The notes below the pieces were generated by a model that saw nothing but the letters and a program-made list of their open reading frames with translations, was not told where the DNA came from and searched no databases. From Cytophagales bacterium (GTDB lineage Bacteria > Bacteroidota > Bacteroidia > Cytophagales > Spirosomataceae): a stretch of DNA of 39,550 nt. Position 1 is the stretch's first letter. Every line of letters begins with the position of its first letter. The position numbers and the translations under genes are program-made. The stretch is from NCBI GenBank assembly GCA_038230415.1, contig JBBRNH010000052.1, forward strand, positions 1-39,550. The letters run 5' to 3'. Positions 25,028 to 34,368 of the stretch are shown piece by piece.

Positions 25028-25657
25028 TTACGGTGCTGTTGCCTTCGCCGGATTCCCCCACACCGTTGCTCCGTCTGGCACGTTTCGCGTTACGACACTG
25101 CCCGCCCCAACCGTTGCCCACGCGCCAACCGATACGCCCGGCAACAGCACCGCGCCCGCGCCAATCAGCGTTCCCTCACCAATGCTGACATTACCGCACA
25201 GCACCGCGCCCGGCCCAATCTGTGCGAAATTCTGGACCATACAGTCATGGTCAACCGATGCGCCGGTATTGATAATCACGTGCCGCCCAACGTGTGTGTC
25301 GGCTTGAATAATAGCCCCGTGCAGCACTACCGTTCCTGCGCCAATGGTAACGGTTTGGTCAACAATGGCCGACGGATGCACCAACGCGGGTGAAATCGGG
25401 TGCTGGATTTTGGCCGCGAGTTGCTGGCGAATGGCGTTGTTGCCAATGGCAATCAAGATTGGCAAGTCAGGGTAAGTTGTTGATTGATAAGGGCAAATAA
25501 CTGAAATGTCGTGCAGCTTAGTTTTGGCCGGGTCATCATCGAAAATCCCCGGCACACGCAGGCCGAGGGCGCGAATCAAACTCAACACTACGTTGGCATG
25601 GCCGCTTGCGCCGTAGAGCAGAATTTGAGTGGGGAACGACTCAGGCAAATAACTCAT
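25028..25657 (-). CDS. hexapeptide-repeat sugar N-acetyltransferase (NeuD/PglD-like)
   Basis: N-terminal Rossmann-like ILLYGASGHANVV, then a left-handed beta-helix with repeated [LIV]G.. hexads. Confidence 0.8.
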   Translation of the reverse strand: MSYLPESFPTQILLYGASGHANVVLSLIRALGLRVPGIFDDDPAKTKLHDISVICPYQSTTYPDLPILIAIGNNAIRQQLAAKIQHPISPALVHPSAIVDQTVTIGAGTVVLHGAIIQADTHVGRHVIINTGASVDHDCMVQNFAQIGPGAVLCGNVSIGEGTLIGAGAVLLPGVSVGAWATVGAGSVVTRNVPDGATVWGNPAKATAP

Positions 25658-25857
25658 TGGTTTTCAACTAATTGATCATATTTTAAACGACGGAGTTCTG
25701 TTTTTATCCCGGCCAATTCTTCGGGATGTTCCTGGTAGTAGGCCAGTGTTTCGGCCTGAATTCGCCGTTTGTTTGCCACCATGCGCCGAGCCACAGACAA
25801 TGCCCATTCGCGCTTTTGAGTCGGGGTTAAGGGGCTGGTTTCCATCAGGATTATCAT
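25654..25857 (-). CDS. small hypothetical protein (67 aa), translationally coupled to the acetyltransferase
   Basis: Its stop overlaps the downstream start in an ATGA-type 4-bp overlap. The protein is helical and charged. No motif is recognised. Confidence 0.35.
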   Translation of the reverse strand: MIILMETSPLTPTQKREWALSVARRMVANKRRIQAETLAYYQEHPEELAGIKTELRRLKYDQLVENQ

Positions 25858-25964
25858 CAGTTTACGTCAAAGGTAGAAACACCGCCGGGCAAACAAAAAA
25901 TCCCCCAAACAGCCATAGCCATTTGGGGGATTGCAGTGTCGGGGTCAGCCCGATTCAACGTTGC

Positions 25965-27908
25965 TTACTCCGTTTTCTCAGCCGTTACGGGCGTTTCGGT
26001 CTTTGTAGTCTTCCGCGCTTCGGTCATTTCCAGCAGTTTCAACCCCATCAGCCCGTTCAGCGAACCATCGGAGCCAGAACCCGCGCCGTTGATAATAATG
26101 TCGGGGATAACCCGGATGTGGCCCTTGCCGATTTCTTCGGTGATTTTGAAGCGCGTAAAGTTCTCATCGCCCATTGCTTTCACCTGCAATTCGTAGGCTT
26201 CGGCGGTTGAGCGGCCAATGGCGAGGATTTTTTCAGCCTCGGCACCGCCCGTTTTGGCAATGCGTTCGGCATCGGCATCGGCGTTGAGTTTGGTGGCTTC
26301 GGCCTGCGCCCCGGCCCGCCTGCGGGTGGCTTCGGCTTCGGCCTCGGCGCGTACTTTTACTGCTTCTGACTCGGCCCCGACCTGCAGTTTCAGGCTCCGG
26401 GCCTCGCCTTCGCTCTTTTTCACGGCGGCATTGGCCGTGCGCTCGGCAATCTCCACGCTCTGCTGCGCTTTCACAATCTCGCGCTGCATCTCGGCAATGG
26501 CTGTTTCGCGTTCGTAACCCTGCCGTTTTTCCTGCGCCATGCGCTGCGTCTCGTAGGTTTTTTCTTCTTCCTGCGCCACTTTCCGGTCGGTGAGGGTTTT
26601 CATCAGTGCTTCGGGCGGCACAATATCACCGATGAGCGTGTCAACGGCGTTTACGTTATAAATTTCCAGCACTGCCCGAATGTGTTCTCTGGCCGATTCC
26701 TGCCGCTCTTTCCGGGTACTCAAAAAGGCAATCACGTCTGAATCCTGGGCCGAGTTACGGAAGTAATTACCAATGGTTGGCTCCAGCACCTGCGATACGA
26801 GGTTTGTCATCGAGCCAAAGCGGGCAATCACTTTGGGGGCTTCGTTGGCCGGAATATGGATAATCTGGGCCACGTCGAGGTTAAACGGGAAACCGTCTTT
26901 CGAGCGCACGGTGATGGTTGACAGGTTCCGGTCCAGGGCGTGGGCTTCGCTGCGGGCATTGGCCCAGTTCAGCACGAGGTTGGTGGTCGGCACGTTCTCG
27001 ACCTTCATCGTGAAGGTGTTGATCGGGTATTTGCCCGGCCCCAACGGTTCTGTCCAGACCCCGCGAAACCCTTTCCTGACGATGTTACCGTGTTTGAACG
27101 TATCGCCCGACATATCTTCGCCGTCTTCGCCGATGTACGAAATCACCACGCCAACGTGACCTATGGATACCTCAGTCATTGGAATTTGCTCGATCTGCAC
27201 CGCCCAGGGGTTCATATAGTATGACCCGGCCAGCACCACCTGCGGCTGCAACCCCCGATTGCCGCCGTTTTGCAGGAAACTGTCGAAATCCTGAAAGTTA
27301 TTGTGGCCTTCGATCTGCCGCCCGGCAATCTGCCCCGACTGCAACGGCGCACCGTCGAGGGCGGTGATGATGCCGACCATGCTCTCGGCAATATCGGTCA
27401 TGTCGGCCACGCTGACCGTGAATGCGTAGGTATTGATGCGGTAGGTTCCGGGCGTGAGGTATCCGGTTTGGCGACCTTTTTGTCCGCCGTTAGTCAGAAA
27501 CTGCTCCGTATCCTGAAAATTATCGCAGTTTACGCGCCGGGCCAGAATGTTGCCGGTGGGCATTTCGGCCCCGTCGTTTGCCAGCACCAGCCCAATTTCG
27601 CCCACCGGAATAACGGTAAACGGCTGCATCTGCACACCAAACTGCCAGGGCCACATCCGCCAGTATAGCCCCGGCGCGAGGGCTTTGGCCTGATAACCAG
27701 CCTCGCCCCGGATTGCCAGAATCCGGCCATCGGGCAGTTGTTTGTCTTTGCCGAAGAGTTCAAATTTTTTGGTTACGAGACCAACCCGGTCTTCCGGCAC
27801 GATAACCATACCAAACAGGAAGCGCAGCACCCAGCGATACAATACCAGAGCCACAAGCAACGCCGGCACCCAAAGCCAGTTGCCGAACGAGTATAGAAAA
27901 TCACCCAT
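25965..27908 (-). CDS. flotillin/SPFH (band-7, YqiK-like) membrane-scaffold protein
   Basis: N-terminal TM anchor. Duplicated SPFH-like subdomains: NFQDTEQFLTNGGQKG... and NFQDFDSFLQNGGNRG.... A long Ala/Glu-rich coiled-coil C-terminus (EAEAEATRRRAGAQAEAT) is present. Confidence 0.8.
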   Translation of the reverse strand: MGDFLYSFGNWLWVPALLVALVLYRWVLRFLFGMVIVPEDRVGLVTKKFELFGKDKQLPDGRILAIRGEAGYQAKALAPGLYWRMWPWQFGVQMQPFTVIPVGEIGLVLANDGAEMPTGNILARRVNCDNFQDTEQFLTNGGQKGRQTGYLTPGTYRINTYAFTVSVADMTDIAESMVGIITALDGAPLQSGQIAGRQIEGHNNFQDFDSFLQNGGNRGLQPQVVLAGSYYMNPWAVQIEQIPMTEVSIGHVGVVISYIGEDGEDMSGDTFKHGNIVRKGFRGVWTEPLGPGKYPINTFTMKVENVPTTNLVLNWANARSEAHALDRNLSTITVRSKDGFPFNLDVAQIIHIPANEAPKVIARFGSMTNLVSQVLEPTIGNYFRNSAQDSDVIAFLSTRKERQESAREHIRAVLEIYNVNAVDTLIGDIVPPEALMKTLTDRKVAQEEEKTYETQRMAQEKRQGYERETAIAEMQREIVKAQQSVEIAERTANAAVKKSEGEARSLKLQVGAESEAVKVRAEAEAEATRRRAGAQAEATKLNADADAERIAKTGGAEAEKILAIGRSTAEAYELQVKAMGDENFTRFKITEEIGKGHIRVIPDIIINGAGSGSDGSLNGLMGLKLLEMTEARKTTKTETPVTAEKTE

Positions 27909-28042
27909 ATAGATTGTGAATAAGCGGTTAAAAATAAAGCGTTTACGGTGTCAAAAGTAGCGGGCGCGTCAATGCATTGTATGCCGTTTACACAGTCGGT
28001 TTCGGCAGAACCAGACTGGCAGCCGGGGTTTATGAGTGGCAG

Positions 28043-29854
28043 TCAGCCCCGAAACCGTTCGGCCAACGGTTCGCTTTTGGCCCGGAATACCTTACCAATG
28101 GTCAGCCACAGAATTTTTATGTCTAACCGGAATGACACGTTTTCGACGTACCAGGCATCGAGCGCGAATTTTTCGGGCCACGTCAGCGCGTTACGACCCC
28201 TGACCTGCGCCCAACCCGTGATGCCGGGCCTAAGGTGGTGCCGTTTGCGTTGTTCAGGCGTATAAATCGGTTCATAATCAGGCAGTAACGGACGCGGACC
28301 AATCAAACTCATCTCGCCCCGCAGCACGTTGAGCAGTTGCGGCAGTTCGTCGAGCGAGGTTCGGCGGAGCCACCTTCCCCAGCGCGTGAGCCGGGCAGCA
28401 TCGGGCAGGAGATCGCCGGTTTTAGCGTTGCAGGCGTTGGTCATGGTGCGGAATTTAAGGATGCGAAACTGCCGTTGGTTGCGCCCGGTGCGGAGTTGGG
28501 TGAAGAATGGATTATCCCGAAACGCAACGGCATTTAGAAATGTGAGGGAATGTAACACGGGCCACAGTATGAAAAGGGCGAGGGTGGACAGGAGCAGGTC
28601 GAGAAGCCGTTTGCCATATCGGGTATAAAACGGGTTGGGGGTGGTTAGAACGCTCAGATACTCTTCCGCCAACCGTTGCCGGTCAAAATGCGTCCGGGCA
28701 TACTCGTAGCCTGCTTCGCCCTGTTGCCGGGCCAGATCGGGGTTTTGGCGGTAAGCACGGATTGCCGAAAGCCACGTTTCCGGCTCATTCACATCCACAA
28801 AAAACCCGGCTCCGGCGGCTTCGACCACCGCCCGCGACTGCCCGCCGATGGCGGTAAACACCGGAATTTTTACGGCAAAATAATCAAACAACTTGGCCGA
28901 CAGCATGGTATCGAAAACGGGCCGGGGCTGCACCATCACCAGCCCTGCATCGGCCATCAAAAGCCAGGGCATCAACTCTGATTTGGGCATGGCAGACCGG
29001 AACTGCACGTTGGTCAGGCCGCGCCGGGTGGTTTCGGCTTGCAGGTTGGCTTTCTCCGGCCCGTTGCCGATGAGCAGAAAATAGACGGATTCAGACCGGA
29101 GTTTTTCGGCCAAAACAAGCAGCGCAGCAAGGCCGTTGGCGGGGCCGTGTGCGCCTGCATATACGACCAAAAAATCATTGGGAAGGGCGTTTTTCTTTCG
29201 GAAATCGCGTCTCGAAACATCGGTCAACGGCTGATAGTCGGGCGAGAAATCAGCCCCGTTCGGGATGACCGAAATTTTGCCGGGCGACACGTTTTTCTGC
29301 GTTATCAGCACCTCCCGAAACGCCGGAGTCAGCACCACAATATGCCGGGCCTGCCGGTACAAAAACCGTTCGAGCCAAAACGCGGCCCGGCGCAGCATTG
29401 GGTTTTGCAGGAAACCGAGTTCAACCGGCGCGTCGGGCCAAAGGTCGCGGAGTTCCAGAACCAATGGTTTGCGCCACAATCTGGCTATCAACCAGGCCGA
29501 TAAACCAATCGTAAGCGGGGGCGAGCTTGCCAGCACAACGGCATAACGGCCCCGCAATTGGCAAGAACCTGTCCACAAACTCGTTATGGCAAAAACTACG
29601 TAAGCCGCCAATCGGCCACCCGGCCCGGCTGAGTAACTCGCTGGCATCCAGGCCCGAAGAATCGTAATGTTCGGGTGCGGCCTTTCGTTTTCGGGCAGGT
29701 TTGGGTAGGGTTTTCCCGTCAGGTAATCAATCGTTCCGGCAATAACCGTTACCCGATGGCCCGCGTCGGCCCAGTGCTGCGCCATCACATTCCAGCGTAC
29801 ACTGCCAGCCGCACCCGGTGGCAAAAAATAAGCATGGATGAGCAGAATAGTCAT
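28043..29854 (-). CDS. fusion protein: N-terminal GT4 glycosyltransferase plus C-terminal polyprenyl-phosphate sugar phosphotransferase (Bac_transf/WbaP-WecA-like)
   Basis: The N-terminus ILLIHAYFLPPGAAGSVRWNVMAQHWADAGHRVTV is GT4-like. The C-terminal ...SLDELPQLLNVLRGEMSLIGPRP... is the Bac_transf hallmark. The probable start is the internal MTILLI at 29854; the ORF track extends to 29893. Confidence 0.75.
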   Translation of the reverse strand: MTILLIHAYFLPPGAAGSVRWNVMAQHWADAGHRVTVIAGTIDYLTGKPYPNLPENERPHPNITILRAWMPASYSAGPGGRLAAYVVFAITSLWTGSCQLRGRYAVVLASSPPLTIGLSAWLIARLWRKPLVLELRDLWPDAPVELGFLQNPMLRRAAFWLERFLYRQARHIVVLTPAFREVLITQKNVSPGKISVIPNGADFSPDYQPLTDVSRRDFRKKNALPNDFLVVYAGAHGPANGLAALLVLAEKLRSESVYFLLIGNGPEKANLQAETTRRGLTNVQFRSAMPKSELMPWLLMADAGLVMVQPRPVFDTMLSAKLFDYFAVKIPVFTAIGGQSRAVVEAAGAGFFVDVNEPETWLSAIRAYRQNPDLARQQGEAGYEYARTHFDRQRLAEEYLSVLTTPNPFYTRYGKRLLDLLLSTLALFILWPVLHSLTFLNAVAFRDNPFFTQLRTGRNQRQFRILKFRTMTNACNAKTGDLLPDAARLTRWGRWLRRTSLDELPQLLNVLRGEMSLIGPRPLLPDYEPIYTPEQRKRHHLRPGITGWAQVRGRNALTWPEKFALDAWYVENVSFRLDIKILWLTIGKVFRAKSEPLAERFRG

Positions 29855-31824
29855 GGCCGATGCGTTTGCAGCAGCGCGGCTTTGGCTACCCAAACGTCTT
29901 CGGGCCGGAAATCGCGCAGTACCCGGTGTCGTGCCTGTTGGCCGTGTTTTTGGGATAAACCGGGGTTGGTGAGGTAAGTAGCAACGGCTTTGGCAAACGC
30001 TATTGGGGTATCGGGTAACCCAACGTTCACCAGTGAACCCGTTTCCCCGTCCAAAACCGCATCAGTTACGCCCGTTACGCGGCTGGCAACCACCGGAATC
30101 TGCATGGCTGCGGCTTCGAGCAGCACCGTTGGCATTCCCTCGCGGTGGGTGGGCAAAATCAGCACACCGAGCAGGGCTAAGTAATTTTCGACATCGCTGA
30201 CCCAGCCCACAAACCGCACCCGGTCATCGGCCCGCAACTGAGCCAGATACCGTAGTTCCTGCCGTGACCGACACTCCGACTCACCAACTATGAGTAGCTG
30301 TAAATCAGGAAATTGCGTCCGTAAAATGGTCCAGGTGTAGGTGATTTCGGCCAGCCCTTTATCGGTGCATAACCGCCCGACAAACCCCAGCACCCGCCCC
30401 GAAAGCCGTAGGTTCTGGCGCAGTAGATGAACAGTACCGGCATCAATGCGGGCCGGGTTGAATCGGTTGAGCGCGTCCACACCATTGCAACTACCCCGGT
30501 GCGGCACGGTTATTTTACCGGGAGAAACTAATTTCTCGCGCAACGCTACCACCCGTAGCGACGGACTAACGGCCCACACCTGGGTTGCGAGTTGGCAGGT
30601 GAATTTTTCCAGTAGCCGTAAAATAGCACGGTTCACGCCACGCCGGGTTTCGAGCGGCAGACCGTGCAGTTCATAAATCCGGGTCTGAACGCCCGTCAGC
30701 CGGGCGGCCAGCATGGTTAGTAAACCGGCTTTGGGCGTATTACCCTGCACAATTTCGGGTTTTAACCGGCTCATAATCAGACATAATTTCACGAAACAGA
30801 CAGAATCGCGCCAGGGTGATATACGCCGTTGAAACGGAATCGTATCGTAACTAATTTGTTCCTGTTCGGCAAACAGGCGGGTCTCTGTTTCGCCGGAACA
30901 AATGACGTGCAGCCGCAAACCCTGCGCCTGCCAAAAAGCCGCCTGCCTCTCGATAAACCGTAGCGATACGGGTACGGTGAACACCTGCACCAACAATCGT
31001 TCGGCTACGTCATACGGTTTTTTCTTGACCGTTGTTCGTAGCCAATTAGCCGTTTTCTGGCTGATTTTCAGCGCAGCGAACGCCGTGAACAGCATCTGTT
31101 TTAACCAGAAGTAAGCTGACATCTGCCATTGTCCGGCTTTATTCACCGGCCAGGTTGCCACCAATCCGCGCAGTTCATGCATGGCTTCAATGTGCTTTTG
31201 CCAGCCTTCGCGCTGCCGATAATCAAGTAGGGTTTCTGGCAGAACATGAAATTTTGACCCCGAAAATGTCCGTACCCACAGGTCGTGGTCTTCGGCAAAG
31301 CGCAGGGTTTCGGTGTAGGGATTTTGGCGGAACCACGCCGTTTTACCCAGTATGGTTGGATGCACGAAACAGCCGTGCCGGGCTGTTTCGCCAACTGTTC
31401 GGGGCAATACCGGGTTCAATAGTCCCACTATTCGCCCACTCGAATCAATCAGCCGGGCTGCACTGCCCACCACCTCTATCCCCGGATTATGGGTCAGGAA
31501 CTCAACTTGCCGGGCCAGCCGGTTAGGAAGCATTTCATCGTCGGCATCCATCCGGGCCAGGTAGTAGCCGCTGGCAAGACGGGCAATTTGATTCAGGCGG
31601 GCGGGCAAACCCCGGTTTTGTCCATCCGAAAAGACCTGGATTCTGGAGTCAGACGCAGCCCAACGGTGAGCAATCAGCAGTGCATTATCGGTTGAACCAT
31701 CGTCAACCACCAACAATTCCCAATCAACAAATACCTGATTAACAACCGACTGAATAGCCGCATCAAGGAATTCGGCGTGGTTAAAAACCGGCAAGCCAAC
31801 GGTAACAATCGGAGACGGGCGCAT
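29851..31824 (-). CDS. two-domain glycosyltransferase: N-terminal GT2 plus C-terminal GT4/GT1
   Basis: N-terminal VGLPVFNHAEFLDAAIQSVVNQ...LLVVDDGSTDN is GT2 with a DxD motif. C-terminal ...LPTHREGMPTVLLEAAAMQIPVVASRV carries the GT4 E-x7-E motif. Confidence 0.75.
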   Translation of the reverse strand: MRPSPIVTVGLPVFNHAEFLDAAIQSVVNQVFVDWELLVVDDGSTDNALLIAHRWAASDSRIQVFSDGQNRGLPARLNQIARLASGYYLARMDADDEMLPNRLARQVEFLTHNPGIEVVGSAARLIDSSGRIVGLLNPVLPRTVGETARHGCFVHPTILGKTAWFRQNPYTETLRFAEDHDLWVRTFSGSKFHVLPETLLDYRQREGWQKHIEAMHELRGLVATWPVNKAGQWQMSAYFWLKQMLFTAFAALKISQKTANWLRTTVKKKPYDVAERLLVQVFTVPVSLRFIERQAAFWQAQGLRLHVICSGETETRLFAEQEQISYDTIPFQRRISPWRDSVCFVKLCLIMSRLKPEIVQGNTPKAGLLTMLAARLTGVQTRIYELHGLPLETRRGVNRAILRLLEKFTCQLATQVWAVSPSLRVVALREKLVSPGKITVPHRGSCNGVDALNRFNPARIDAGTVHLLRQNLRLSGRVLGFVGRLCTDKGLAEITYTWTILRTQFPDLQLLIVGESECRSRQELRYLAQLRADDRVRFVGWVSDVENYLALLGVLILPTHREGMPTVLLEAAAMQIPVVASRVTGVTDAVLDGETGSLVNVGLPDTPIAFAKAVATYLTNPGLSQKHGQQARHRVLRDFRPEDVWVAKAALLQTHRP

Positions 31825-31837
31825 GGTGCAACGGTGC

Positions 31838-32974
31838 TTAGGGGGCAGTCATGAGCCGACGATACAATGTCAGGTACGCATCAATCATCCGGTCGTGGCT
31901 GTGGTTGAGACGCACAAACGCCCGCCCGGTTTCGCCGAGACGCTGCGCCTGCACCGGATTATCACGCAACCAGGATAGGGCTTGCTGCATGTCTGCTTGG
32001 TTTTTCATAATCAAACCACCCGCTAATTCCTGCACGTTACCTACCGGAAACGACACCCAGGGCAGGCCAGCCGCCATCGCTTCGAGCAACACCACCGGAG
32101 CGGCTTCCTGCATTGAGGACAGTACAAACACATCGGCCTGAGCAAGAGCAGCCAGCACAACGGCCCGGTCTTGCCCGGAACGAATCTGAAAGTTTGGAAT
32201 CAGTCGGTTTTGCACAAGACATTCGTAATAACATCCCGACGAAACACCAAGCCGGTGCAACCCGAAACGGTGCGTTTGAATGGGTGTGCCGATGTTGGTA
32301 ACAACACCATCGGGCAGGGCGCGGGCCAGGCGATGCAACACCCGGTGGCCTTTCAGCCCAACGTGGTTCGAGATGTTCAGCACCCAGAAACGGTCGTTGA
32401 TTTGCCACGCTTTTCGCAGGTCAGGCAGTGTGTATTGGTCAGCTTCGTGCGGGTCAATGCCGTTTTCGATGATGTGAACCGGACCGTAATTGGCCTGTCG
32501 CAGAAGAGGTAATTCGTCAGCGGTTTCGGCCAGACACGTTACGGCATCAATGTGATTCAGGGTCTGTTTTATTCGGTCGTGATACGGTTCCCAATCGGGG
32601 TTTTTGAGCGTCGAGAATACGTGCGGAGTCAGGAGTACAGGCCGGTTTTTCCGGGGAAACCAGTCCAGAAGCGCGTCGAAACCGGCAATCCGGCAGGCGT
32701 GGTGGTGCTGTATATCCCAATTACCGGAGCGGATAAATTCCCAAAAATCAGCAATATTTCCATGAAGTCCATCGTGCCAGTTGCCCCAAATAGCAAATCG
32801 GCGGATACTTACGCCGTTGTGTTCGGCGGGCGGATTCACCAACCGATTATCGTGCTGCGTAGCAACGGTCACGGTGTGGCCCCGCCGAACCAGTCCCTCG
32901 GCCAGCAACCCCACCACCGACGCAATGCCGTTACGGGTTGGGTAATAGGTTTCGGTGATGAGCAGGACGTTCAT
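31838..32974 (-). CDS. glycosyltransferase family 4
   Basis: ...VLSSMQEAAPVVLLEAMAAGLPWVS... carries the E-x7-E motif. 378 aa. Confidence 0.8.
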   Translation of the reverse strand: MNVLLITETYYPTRNGIASVVGLLAEGLVRRGHTVTVATQHDNRLVNPPAEHNGVSIRRFAIWGNWHDGLHGNIADFWEFIRSGNWDIQHHHACRIAGFDALLDWFPRKNRPVLLTPHVFSTLKNPDWEPYHDRIKQTLNHIDAVTCLAETADELPLLRQANYGPVHIIENGIDPHEADQYTLPDLRKAWQINDRFWVLNISNHVGLKGHRVLHRLARALPDGVVTNIGTPIQTHRFGLHRLGVSSGCYYECLVQNRLIPNFQIRSGQDRAVVLAALAQADVFVLSSMQEAAPVVLLEAMAAGLPWVSFPVGNVQELAGGLIMKNQADMQQALSWLRDNPVQAQRLGETGRAFVRLNHSHDRMIDAYLTLYRRLMTAP

Positions 32975-34368
32975 TCAACCAGAGTGCGTTTTCGGGATAA
33001 AACCAACAGCACCAACGCGGGCGGAGCCATGAAAATCAGGAACTGCACAAAAACCGACAAACTCAACAGAATGAGCGCGTTGTGAAGCAGAGCCAGATAA
33101 AACCAGCAACCAATTTCTACGAAGGATGCCCGCGCCACTGCCCGGCTAAACTGCCGGTTGAGCCAAAAAAACCCCGCGCCAATCAGCCAATAAGATACAG
33201 CAACACCAACTAATCCGGCGTTAAAAAACAATTCGCCCGCTACGGGAATCACCTGATCGGGGTGCGCTACGGAACCGTAAATCGCTGAATTGTAAGCTAC
33301 TACGCCACTCGTCTCGCGGAAGGCGCGGCCAACGCCCGGCACCGAATACAGCACCGACGAGAGCAGGGTATTATCGGTCAGGGCGGGGTCAATCTGCAAC
33401 ACGGGCGTTAGCTGATACAGCGAACCAAAATACAGTTGATAGACCATTATCAACGAACCGAGACCGCGCCAGAACGCCCCGGCCAACACTGGCAAATCGG
33501 CCACAGAAAACGTGGTTTGGGAGCGAATCAGGCTAAAAAAGAACACGCCCGCCAGCACCGGCATTGCCAAAACCACAAAAACGGCTTTGTACCGAACGCG
33601 CTGCCCGGCCATGATAGCGGCCAGTAATGCCAGCGTTGGATACAATAAATTAGCCCGGTTGCTGCTCAACGAAGCCGCGACGCAGGCCAGCAACGCCAGC
33701 CCATTTGTCCAGTGCCAGCCGGTTTTGGGCCGAACGGCTGACCAAATTACCAGCACCCCGAACGGCAAAAAACGCGCCCCAACGGTTGCGGCAAAGCCCA
33801 GCGTGCTACCGGCCACGTTCCGGTTGAAGGTCTCTGCCGAAATTTTCAGGATGGCGCGTTGTGCATAGTCAGCCACTGACCCGAATTGGTACGTGATGGC
33901 CCACAGCCCAACGGCCAGAAACACGATGCCCACCCAAATCGAAACGGTTTTTTCAATAACCCATTCGTCTTGATTTTGTGGTGCCGGATTACGGTTTTTA
34001 GTCCATTGCCAGCCCGCCCAAAACGCCAGGAACGCTACGCTGAGAATGGCCGTTTCCCAAACCAACGGGCTGGGTAATCGCTCAAACTTAACCACCTCAT
34101 TACCCGTCATGAGCAACATGACCGGGATGATTACCAACTTATTAAGCCAGATAAACAGCGCAATATTTTTAGGAGTCAGCAACGGGCCATCGGGCTGCAT
34201 AGCCGCGAACCACGCCCGGCCCGCGCCAAACAACACGGGTAACGACAGCAGCAACACCGGGCGGTGGGCCATCGTCAACTCGTTGTAGAGCAGCACCGCC
34301 GTCAACAGGCAACCCAACCAGCCGCCAAGCCAGCCGAAGCCGATTGCCACCCGACGGTTCAGGTTCAT
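32971..34368 (-). CDS. Wzy-type O-antigen/EPS polymerase or O-antigen ligase-like polytopic membrane protein
   Basis: 465 aa with at least 10 predicted TM helices and one larger loop. Position in the glycan locus and 4-bp overlaps with both neighbours support the call. Confidence 0.55.
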   Translation of the reverse strand: MNLNRRVAIGFGWLGGWLGCLLTAVLLYNELTMAHRPVLLLSLPVLFGAGRAWFAAMQPDGPLLTPKNIALFIWLNKLVIIPVMLLMTGNEVVKFERLPSPLVWETAILSVAFLAFWAGWQWTKNRNPAPQNQDEWVIEKTVSIWVGIVFLAVGLWAITYQFGSVADYAQRAILKISAETFNRNVAGSTLGFAATVGARFLPFGVLVIWSAVRPKTGWHWTNGLALLACVAASLSSNRANLLYPTLALLAAIMAGQRVRYKAVFVVLAMPVLAGVFFFSLIRSQTTFSVADLPVLAGAFWRGLGSLIMVYQLYFGSLYQLTPVLQIDPALTDNTLLSSVLYSVPGVGRAFRETSGVVAYNSAIYGSVAHPDQVIPVAGELFFNAGLVGVAVSYWLIGAGFFWLNRQFSRAVARASFVEIGCWFYLALLHNALILLSLSVFVQFLIFMAPPALVLLVLSRKRTLVE

